Source of the DNA: an uncultured Methanosarcinales archaeon
GTDB lineage: Archaea; Halobacteriota; Methanosarcinia; Methanosarcinales; Methanosarcinaceae
Assembly: GCA_964423715.1 (NCBI GenBank)
Contig: CAYRGB010000002.1
Location: 1-25,573, forward strand
Direction of reading: 5' to 3'
DNA length: 25,573 nucleotides
A program made the position numbers and the translations under genes. Positions within the stretch are counted from its first letter, which is position 1, and every line of letters starts with the position of its first letter. Under the pieces are notes generated by a model, which saw nothing but the letters and a program-made list of their open reading frames with translations, had not been told where the DNA came from and did not search any database. Of the stretch, positions 18,630 to 25,573 are shown in pieces.

Positions 18630-18761
18630 GAGTTCCACGCAAAAGTAGATGCAGGAAAAATGTCAGCAAACTATGCTACATTGAACGATCATCATGAGGC
18701 ATGGAGTCGGGTCGTAAAGGATATACCATATCTGCGATATATTAGAACTGAGGTGAAGTGA
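18630..18761 (+). pseudogene. 3' fragment (43 codons) of a foreign gene cut off at repeat 6
   Basis: EFHAKVDAGKMSANYATLNDHHEAWSRVVKDIPYLRYIRTEVK*. The frame is closed upstream by TAA inside the repeat, and its end carries the GAGGTGA RBS of the next gene. Confidence 0.55.
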
Positions 18762-18762
18762 T

Positions 18763-19020
18763 ATGGGTGCAATCGCCAAAAAATTAACCGGTGATGAAAA
18801 GGAATATGTGCTTGATGGGGAAGAATGGCTCCGTTCAACGATGTATAACCTTACGTGTATGAGATGCAAGCATTATCATCCATATACGGATCCTGAAACC
18901 GTCAATACCTGCAACGCATACCCAGACGGGATACCCCTCGAAATTTTAGAAGATAAAGTGGATCACCACAAACCATACAAAGGAGATCACGGCATCCAGT
19001 TCGAACCTCGCGATGTTTGA
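18763..19020 (+). CDS. 85-aa Cys/His protein of probable viral origin embedded in the CRISPR array
   Basis: ATG with GAGGTGA RBS (18750-18756); CMRCKH...CNAYPDGIPLEI...DHHKPYKGDHGIQFEP. From memory this resembles small prophage proteins next to head-morphogenesis (MuF) genes; unverified. Confidence 0.8.
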   Translation: MGAIAKKLTGDEKEYVLDGEEWLRSTMYNLTCMRCKHYHPYTDPETVNTCNAYPDGIPLEILEDKVDHHKPYKGDHGIQFEPRDV

Positions 19021-19061
19021 ACCTAAGGACGAGTGATTTCTTTTCTTATTATATTGTGGCT

Positions 19062-19113
19062 TTGTGTATTAAGTATGACTTGTGTAAAAAGTCGTAATTT
19101 TGTGTAGAAAGTC
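19062..19113 (+). repeat. Three imperfect 14-bp direct repeats, consensus TTGTGTANNAAGTM
   Basis: TTGTGTATTAAGTA (19062), TTGTGTAAAAAGTC (19080), TTGTGTAGAAAGTC (19100). Confidence 0.6.
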
Positions 19114-19202
19114 AAAGCAAAAAAACCAATACGTTGAATGTAGAACCCGCGAAAATAGGGTATGGCAACTTTGAAAAAGAGATTAAAGATCTCTAAAAGT
19201 CC

Positions 19203-19238
19203 GTCTGTCTTAGATAGTACAAGAAGTATGTATAGAAC
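19203..19238 (+). repeat. Possible highly degenerate terminal CRISPR repeat
   Basis: 33 bp after repeat 7; aligns at 19/37 positions with one gap (GT...TAGA...GTAT.G-AAC). Confidence 0.25.
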
Positions 19239-19335
19239 AAAAAAGGACAGCGGCCGCAAATTTAAGGACCACTCATAATCAAAATAATAGAAGTAATGAA
19301 TACGTTGTATATTTTTTTGCACGAGGCATATTCCA

Positions 19336-19447
19336 GTCCGCTTGAGCGCTAGCGAGACGGACCGCGCCCTCCCGAGGCGCGACTCGGGGGCCTGGGACTC
19401 GGGCACTTTGGCGCTACATACAAATACCATTGGATAGAACCTATTCA
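19336..19447 (+). other. GC-rich structured element, probable 5' UTR of the aksE/leuD operon
   Basis: Stems GTCCG/CGGAC, CGCGCC/GGCGCG, CCCGAG/CTCGGG and TGGATAG/CTATTCA; TATA-like ttgtatat at 19305-19312. Confidence 0.4.
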
Positions 19448-19461
19448 TCAGGTGAGAAGCA

Positions 19462-19953
19462 TTGGATAGCACGATCAAAGGACGAGTGTGGATCTTTGGT
19501 GACGACGTTGACACGGATGTGATCATACCCGGAAAATATCTGAGGACAACGGACATGCAGGTCTTTGCCGATCATGCCATGGAAGGTATCGATCCGGATT
19601 TTTCTACAAATGTGCAAAAGGGTGACATCATCGTTGCAGGCAACAACTTCGGCTGTGGTTCCTCCCGCGAGCAGGCGCCCTTGGCGCTTAAATATGCAGG
19701 TGTAGCCTGTGTGGTGGCAAGGACCTTTGCACGCATATTCTTCCGCAATGCCATCAATGTGGGTCTGCCCCTGATGGAGGCAGATGTGTTGTGCAAGGAA
19801 GGGGACATGATCGACGTGGACCTTGCTAACGGGAAGGTCGAGGTGAATGGTTCCACTGTTGAAGGAAATCGGCTACCCGATTTCTTGCTGGAGATCCTCA
19901 CAGATGGGGGGCTTGTTGAGCACCGCAAGGTCCAGCAGAAGCAAAAGAGATAA
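19462..19953 (+). CDS. aksE: Homoaconitase/isopropylmalate dehydratase small subunit, probably AksE (HacB) type
   Basis: [39 protein letters not shown]; the YLRT loop matches the methanogen homoaconitase small subunit. TTG start with GGTGA RBS. Confidence 0.8.
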   Translation: MDSTIKGRVWIFGDDVDTDVIIPGKYLRTTDMQVFADHAMEGIDPDFSTNVQKGDIIVAGNNFGCGSSREQAPLALKYAGVACVVARTFARIFFRNAINVGLPLMEADVLCKEGDMIDVDLANGKVEVNGSTVEGNRLPDFLLEILTDGGLVEHRKVQQKQKR

Positions 19954-19976
19954 CAATAACTGATACTGCCACGAAT

Positions 19977-20846
19977 ATGCTATTCCCTGATAAATACAAA
20001 TATGTCGGTGTCACCGACATACATCCCGACGATGCCGAAGATGACGCCATCTACTTCCTGAGTGAATATATGGTCGTTGAACGGTCTCTGGACGAAGGCA
20101 TCGAATATTCGATTTTCCATGTCGAGAAAGAGGGCACAGGTTTCCTGCAACGGGTACGTTCCCTGCAGTGCACCGCATCCGGCCCAGAGGTGGTCAAATA
20201 CGGCGAACAGCTGAACATCACGGATCGTGCCCTGCTGATCGAGACTGCGAGCAGATTGTGCAAGGACGGTGTGAATACAGTAATTTTCACAGGGGTCGAC
20301 CACCATGTGACCTTTGTCCACAACCCCGACCCATCCAGTATCCTTGAGATCGAGATAGTTGACGTTGCCCCCCCACATCCATCCTGGTTAGTACATGTGG
20401 TCAGGCAGCTTGAGACAAGTGGTATCTTTGGTGAGTTCGGCGTGCGCTTCAGGGAAAATGTAACAGACCTCTCCCAATTCGAAGGAGATAGGACAGTGTT
20501 CCCATGTTCCTGTTCCGGGTTGAAAGGAAAATGTCTGGACAGCGATGTTATCACAGAGCATGGCTCGCTGGTGGTCGGATGTGAGATATCAAAGGCACTG
20601 TTCGAATCTCGGTTCCCGGAGCTTGAGTACGAACTGGTCAATATCTGCCCTCTGCATTCCGATATAATCAGACCCACAGCCTCCTTCATCACCCGATGCT
20701 GCCGCGCGGAACGCTCTGGTCCGATCACCCTTAATGGGATCGAAGGTGCTGTGGTACACTGGGGAGCATCGGAGTTCGATGTCGCAGAGGCGATCCGCGA
20801 CCTTATTTTTAGGATCCGAAAGAAGGACTCAGGTGGGAGATCATGA
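19977..20846 (+). CDS. Conserved-looking hypothetical protein with Cys-rich C-terminus
   Basis: 289 aa; FPCSCS, GCEIS, ICP, TRCC; stop overlaps the next ATG. Confidence 0.8.
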   Translation: MLFPDKYKYVGVTDIHPDDAEDDAIYFLSEYMVVERSLDEGIEYSIFHVEKEGTGFLQRVRSLQCTASGPEVVKYGEQLNITDRALLIETASRLCKDGVNTVIFTGVDHHVTFVHNPDPSSILEIEIVDVAPPHPSWLVHVVRQLETSGIFGEFGVRFRENVTDLSQFEGDRTVFPCSCSGLKGKCLDSDVITEHGSLVVGCEISKALFESRFPELEYELVNICPLHSDIIRPTASFITRCCRAERSGPITLNGIEGAVVHWGASEFDVAEAIRDLIFRIRKKDSGGRS

Positions 20847-21838
20847 AACTGGCAATTGTTGAAGGCGACGGTATAGGCAAAGAAGTGATCCCTGTAGCAG
20901 TGGACGTGCTGGATGCCCTGTCCCTGTCCATAGAGAAGGTCCCCCTTGAACTCGGATACGGAAAGTGGGAGCGAACGGGGAGTGCGATCACAGATGAGGA
21001 TCTCAGTATATTGAAAGAATGCGATTGCATCCTTTTTGGAGCAATCACCACGCCTCCTGATCCGAATTACAAAAGTGTCCTGCTCACCATCCGCAAGGAG
21101 CTCGATCTGTATGCGAACATACGTCCGGTACGGCCTATCCCAGGCATAACCGGCGTGACCGGCCGTAGTGACTTCGATATCATGATCGTCAGGGAAAATA
21201 CCGAAGGAATGTATTCGGGGATCGAAGAGGTTCACCACGATGTTGCATACACCCGGCGTGTCATCACCCGCAAAGGTTCTGAGCGCATCGCGCGAGCCGC
21301 ATGCGAGCTTGCAGAGACGCGTAACAGACACCTGACAATAGTGCACAAGTCCAACGTATTAAAGTCCGATACGCTATTCCTGGACGCATGCAGGGATGTG
21401 GCTGCCTCCTATGACATAACCTATAATGACATGCTGGTGGATGCCATGGCATACAGCCTCATTTCCTCTCCACAGCAATATGATGTGGTGGTCACGACGA
21501 ACCTGTTTGGGGATATCCTCAGTGACATGGCTGCAGCACTGGTGGGTGGTCTGGGAATTGTGCCCAGTGCCAACATCGGTGATAACAGGGCCTTCTTCGA
21601 GCCAGTACATGGCAGTGCTCCGGACATTGCAGGACAGGGCATCGCAAACCCCCTCGCTACTATCCTGAGCGTGAAGATGATGCTGGAATGGTTGGGGGAT
21701 CATCAGGATGCGGCTCTTATAGAGGAAAGCATGTGCTACGCAATCTCCCAGAACATCATAACACCTGATCTCGGGGGTTTGGCAAATACCCGACAGGTGG
21801 GGGATGCATTAGTGGATTGCATCATGCACACGAACTGA
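20843..21838 (+). CDS. Isopropylmalate/homoisocitrate dehydrogenase family (AksF or LeuB)
   Basis: [57 protein letters not shown]. Confidence 0.92.
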   Translation: MKLAIVEGDGIGKEVIPVAVDVLDALSLSIEKVPLELGYGKWERTGSAITDEDLSILKECDCILFGAITTPPDPNYKSVLLTIRKELDLYANIRPVRPIPGITGVTGRSDFDIMIVRENTEGMYSGIEEVHHDVAYTRRVITRKGSERIARAACELAETRNRHLTIVHKSNVLKSDTLFLDACRDVAASYDITYNDMLVDAMAYSLISSPQQYDVVVTTNLFGDILSDMAAALVGGLGIVPSANIGDNRAFFEPVHGSAPDIAGQGIANPLATILSVKMMLEWLGDHQDAALIEESMCYAISQNIITPDLGGLANTRQVGDALVDCIMHTN

Positions 21839-21884
21839 TCATCTCAGTTTTCATCCGCAAATCCCTTTCCAATATCAGTACATG

Positions 21885-23540
21885 TCAACCGATGCCAAGT
21901 AGGGATGAGACACCTACCTTCGTAACCACGGCACTGATCCCGCCGATCCACGCCATGACCACAAAATCAGTAGCCGCACCGAACATATGTCCGCCGTCCA
22001 CAACACGGATCAGCATTGCGGATAGCAGTGAGTGTGCGATCATTATGAATACGACCATTAGTCCCATCGTTTCAGTGCTTCCGATATCTACATAGACCAC
22101 CATGCCTATGGACATCCCGGACGACATATCCATCGTTGAGAACATACTCTGCATAAGTTCAACAACTCCTACAGAGATGTAAAGGGTAAATGCTATGCCT
22201 CCTGTGAGACCATACAACACTCCGACCATACTCGATGCAGATTGGTATCTCTTCTTGCGTAGAGCTGTGATACGGTAAAAGTTATTTGCAATGATGTCCC
22301 CGATGATCTCAGGTTTACCTCCAAGGTTCGTTGATTCCACGAACATCACACTGAATCGCTGTATCAGGTTGCTTCCAGTATTTGCAGCAAAGTGGTTCCA
22401 TGACTTGAATTTGTCTATACGAGTGTTCAGTTGTTTGTAAAGATTGTTCACATCATTCGTGAGTGGTCCAAAATCATGTGCTCTCAGTGCTTTCAAGGCC
22501 TCATCGATCACGCCTCCCCGAGCACCGGCTGAACTGCCAAGGGACCTTATGAATGCTGGATAATTTTCATCACGTCGGCGAATCCCCTTCTCTATCGTTT
22601 TGGCCACATGACCTGTGTATGCAAGAGGGGTGAGAGCGATCGCTATTGCAATGGGTGGCGTGATAGCTCCATAAAGGTACACGATGATGCCAAGTATGGC
22701 ACACCCTGCCAGGGATATTGGCACAGAGCGGTACAGTTTGACCTTTGCCGGAGTGATTATGTTTGTCTGCTGCCATATGGGGTCCTTCGGAGCTTTCCCC
22801 TTTGCCAGAACAAGGATCATAATATCCACAACTACAAAGACCACGATCACAATGGCCATGAGGAGTATGGCATCCATGCCGGTGATCACAGGCATTATGA
22901 CGGCGAACGATGCCATGAAGATCAGGGACATGATCAGGGAAGTAAACAGTTCTTTGATCATCTCAATACCATACAGGGCACTATTGTACATGGACTCGTA
23001 CTCGTTCATAACAACGTTCTGTTCCGCTTTCAGAAAATCCTTAATCTCTTCTCCCGATTGCAGCGCATGAGCAAATCGATCAAGAAAGTCCTCAAATATT
23101 ATTGAAGGGGTCCGTTTGGAAATGAATCTACTGGCTTCTGCAAGGCTCATGTTCCATACCATGACAAGATCGTAGATCTTGCGCGTATCTTCAGCAAGAT
23201 TGAGGTAATCCTTGTTCTCTGATACGATGCGGATGATATCCAGACGCGGTGTATCTGCTGTGGATATTGCACCCATCTGGGTGATGTAATAGTGCATGTT
23301 GTTGTCGATATTCGCCGCCTTGCTTGCAAGAATGGTCAAAGGATAGTAGGCTGCAAAAACAATGCAGATTATGGGTACCAGTGCGGGTATTAATCTTGTT
23401 CTATCCACAAAAAGTGTGGGTAGCAGTGTATAAAGGACCACCGCGAAAATGAAACCAAAAGCAATGATCGGTATGGCGAACTTCCTGGCATAGTCCCGAG
23501 GCTCCATCCCAATACTTTTGAAGGCCATCTGGTAGCTCAT
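21885..23540 (-). CDS. arlJ: Archaellum assembly membrane platform ArlJ (FlaJ)
   Basis: 551 aa, multi-TM, two type II secretion F-like repeats; directly downstream of arlI. Confidence 0.92.
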   Translation of the reverse strand: MSYQMAFKSIGMEPRDYARKFAIPIIAFGFIFAVVLYTLLPTLFVDRTRLIPALVPIICIVFAAYYPLTILASKAANIDNNMHYYITQMGAISTADTPRLDIIRIVSENKDYLNLAEDTRKIYDLVMVWNMSLAEASRFISKRTPSIIFEDFLDRFAHALQSGEEIKDFLKAEQNVVMNEYESMYNSALYGIEMIKELFTSLIMSLIFMASFAVIMPVITGMDAILLMAIVIVVFVVVDIMILVLAKGKAPKDPIWQQTNIITPAKVKLYRSVPISLAGCAILGIIVYLYGAITPPIAIAIALTPLAYTGHVAKTIEKGIRRRDENYPAFIRSLGSSAGARGGVIDEALKALRAHDFGPLTNDVNNLYKQLNTRIDKFKSWNHFAANTGSNLIQRFSVMFVESTNLGGKPEIIGDIIANNFYRITALRKKRYQSASSMVGVLYGLTGGIAFTLYISVGVVELMQSMFSTMDMSSGMSIGMVVYVDIGSTETMGLMVVFIMIAHSLLSAMLIRVVDGGHMFGAATDFVVMAWIGGISAVVTKVGVSSLLGIG

Positions 23541-23550
23541 TTCTCACTCC

Positions 23551-25203
23551 TCATACTGCGAAGGGCAGTCCTTCTACGCCATACTTGTAGAAGTTGGTGA
23601 TCACTTCCAGCACATCATAATAATCTTTAATATCACGATCGATCATTTCCTGCAGGATCCTTGCACGCAGGAACAGGTCCTCATATATTTTACGCTTGTT
23701 TTCGTACCCGAGTTTGGTAGCAATCCTATCCTCAAGGATGAAACTGTTATTCAGACCTCTGAATTTGTGTGTATCGGTTTCCGGATCCCATTGGAATACG
23801 GCTCGTGTGACCACTCCCCCTGCTTCTTCGTAATATCCTTCGATCTCGTCGATGGAAAGGCACCGTCTCAGGAACGCTCCTTTCCGATAGACAGCTGACA
23901 GGATCATCGCTATGTTGAGGTTATCAATAAATGTCACCGGCACGTTGATGGGGTCACCTGTTAGTCGCTGGATCATCTTTGTAACTGCAGACGCGTGGAA
24001 GGTAGCCATGACTGGATGACCTGTTTGCATACCTTGGAAAGCTACTGATCCCTCTGCCCCCCGGATCTCACCAACGATGATATAGTTTGGTCTGGAACGC
24101 AGAGCTGCCTTTAGCAATGCAAAGGTATCGACCCTGGATTCGACGGGCCCATCCTCACGCGTGATCAATTGTTGCCATACGGGCTGGGACGGTTGCACTT
24201 CTGCGGTATCCTCTGCAGTATATATCTTTGATTTAGGATTTACAAAGGGCAGGCAGGCATTCAGCATGGTCGTCTTACCGCTGGCAGTCTCTCCACTGAA
24301 GAACACACTCATACCGTTCTCAAGACATATCCACATGTATGCCGCCATCTCAGGACTGAGTGCCCCCCAGTTGATCAGCTCGATGATGCTGACAGGCACC
24401 TCACTGAACTTACGCATTGTGAAACTACTTCCACGTTTACTCACGTCAAGACTGTAGATGATATTGATACGTGATCCATCCGGAAGTGCTCCATCAGCAA
24501 TGGGTTTAGCATCGCTCACCGGTCTACCTATCCTCTCGCTCATGCTCCGGAGCCATTGGTCCAGGCCGGCTTCATCCCCAAAAGTCAGGTCCGTCTGTGT
24601 CATACCCAGTTTTTTGTGAACGATGTACACGTTATTCACGCCAATACTGTGTATATCTTCAAGATAGGGGTCACGGACGATGGGCTCTATTGGTCCGGAA
24701 CCTATGACATTCCTCTCAATATGGTACTGGATGTTGTTGTATTCTTGTTGGGTTACAGGGATGCTTCTTTGTTTTGGGATCAGTTTTTCGATAATACTGG
24801 TCTTTTCACCTTCGTCTGGGATGTCTCCTCCGGCACCGATATCCACTACCTCATTAAGGAGCTTCGATATTAATTCCTTGAGCTCAGCTTCGGAATTTGG
24901 AACCTCTTCATTCGCAGACCTCTCAAGAATGTTGTTCATTATGGCAGTATATTTTCTCTGTTCAGGGGGGGATAGTGGTGGTTCGATGGTATAATATTTT
25001 GCCTCTCCCATCTCATGGGTCCCATATAGATGTACAAATACAGGATCGCCCACAGCCAGGATCAGATTCACGTTCTCTCCATCGAGATCTTTCGGCAGGT
25101 TGATCACAAACTCAGGTTCGTCCCCCGTCTTCTGAACGAATTCATTAACATACACTCCCAGATGAGGGTTTCTTTGTATTGCTTGTTGAAATTGAGGATC
25201 CAT
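23551..25203 (-). CDS. arlI: Archaellum motor ATPase ArlI (FlaI)
   Basis: GETASGKTT Walker A, AEDT, LRSRPNYIIVGEIRG, GH..MATFHA His box. Confidence 0.95.
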   Translation of the reverse strand: MDPQFQQAIQRNPHLGVYVNEFVQKTGDEPEFVINLPKDLDGENVNLILAVGDPVFVHLYGTHEMGEAKYYTIEPPLSPPEQRKYTAIMNNILERSANEEVPNSEAELKELISKLLNEVVDIGAGGDIPDEGEKTSIIEKLIPKQRSIPVTQQEYNNIQYHIERNVIGSGPIEPIVRDPYLEDIHSIGVNNVYIVHKKLGMTQTDLTFGDEAGLDQWLRSMSERIGRPVSDAKPIADGALPDGSRINIIYSLDVSKRGSSFTMRKFSEVPVSIIELINWGALSPEMAAYMWICLENGMSVFFSGETASGKTTMLNACLPFVNPKSKIYTAEDTAEVQPSQPVWQQLITREDGPVESRVDTFALLKAALRSRPNYIIVGEIRGAEGSVAFQGMQTGHPVMATFHASAVTKMIQRLTGDPINVPVTFIDNLNIAMILSAVYRKGAFLRRCLSIDEIEGYYEEAGGVVTRAVFQWDPETDTHKFRGLNNSFILEDRIATKLGYENKRKIYEDLFLRARILQEMIDRDIKDYYDVLEVITNFYKYGVEGLPFAV

Positions 25204-25224
25204 TCATATACCCTCCGTTTGATC

Positions 25225-25573
25225 TTATCCAACTGATGCGATCTCAACGACCAGCCCGACCTTAGGCTCGATCCGAAATCCGATCATCTGTCCTACAGGC
25301 CCCTTTGCTCCTGTGAACTTGTTCACTATTATCGTCCGTTTGACCTCTGCCCCCAGTGGTTTTGCTTTAAGTGTCATAAATATGTCGCACGATGATCGAA
25401 ACATGGACGCAAGGTCCTCATTGAGCTGATCTGTTTCAATGGTAAGTATAATGACCTTCCCCATGCCATTGAGCTTCTTGAAGAAAGATATAAGATCAAG
25501 GCTTTTCTCTGTATTGGCACTGTATTTTATAAGCGAGGATATTGTGTCGATAATAATAACATCCTTTTCAAAT
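25225..25573 (-). CDS. arlH: Archaellum RecA/KaiC-like ATPase ArlH (FlaH), 5'-truncated by window edge
   Basis: Frame open to the window end: FEKDVIIIDTISSL...GKVIILT...FRIEPKVGLVVEIASVG; upstream of arlI. Confidence 0.92.
   Translation of the reverse strand, partial: FEKDVIIIDTISSLIKYSANTEKSLDLISFFKKLNGMGKVIILTIETDQLNEDLASMFRSSCDIFMTLKAKPLGAEVKRTIIVNKFTGAKGPVGQMIGFRIEPKVGLVVEIASVG

Larger units (their letters stand above)
18230..19169 (+). CRISPR. CRISPR array, 37-bp repeat GTTGAATGTAGAACCCGCGAAAATAGGGTATGGTAAC, 7 repeats
   Basis: Identical repeats start at 18230, 18302, 18375, 18446, 18517, 18591; repeat 7 at 19133 has one mismatch (GGCAAC). Spacers 35, 36, 34, 34, 37 bp, then 505 bp. ACCC/GGGT stem followed by the 8-nt tag ATGGTAAC. 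Confidence 0.97.

Noticed and set aside
18190-18638. Several ORF-track ORFs across the array (18190..18507, 18209..18433, 18228..18410, 18348..18638)
   Set aside because: They are periodic translations of the CRISPR repeat, not genes.
4399-19367. Shared words at both island flanks (TAGCGAGAC at 4399 and 19350; CGGGCACT near 4311 and 19400) as att sites
   Set aside because: Short, in different order on each side, compatible with chance; no integrase, transposase or tRNA seen.
19023-19556. 177-aa minus-strand ORF
   Set aside because: Crosses repeat 7, AT-rich non-coding DNA and the aksE start; implausible composition.
20051-21346. 431-aa minus-strand ORF
   Set aside because: Antisense to two well-supported genes; no recognisable motifs or RBS.

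Overview
Methanosarcinales-like archaeal DNA, judged from AglB, archaellum genes, a YLRT-type aconitase small subunit and GGTGA/GGAGG RBSs. Housekeeping flanks are an AsnB-type amidotransferase (partial) plus aglB on the left, and aksE/leuD-hypothetical-aksF/leuB plus arlJ-arlI-arlH(partial) on the right. Between them lies a ~15 kb defence island: a HepT/MntA toxin-antitoxin pair, an atypical type III (III-D-like order) CRISPR-Cas operon and a 37-bp-repeat array. The operon runs cas6, cas10 (HD+GGDD), cas7, csx10, two helical small proteins, cas7, cas7-cas7 fusion, stand-alone CARF, PIN nuclease, CARF-HEPN, cas1, cas2. The most striking feature is a 505-bp 'spacer' between repeats 6 and 7 (normal spacers are 34-37 bp). 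It holds the 3' end of a foreign gene and a complete, RBS-equipped 85-aa virus-like gene in the array's transcription direction. Three genes carry single in-frame stops without frameshifts: hepT (TAG), cas10 (TAA) and CARF-HEPN (TGA). Family calls come from motifs read by eye; no database search was run.
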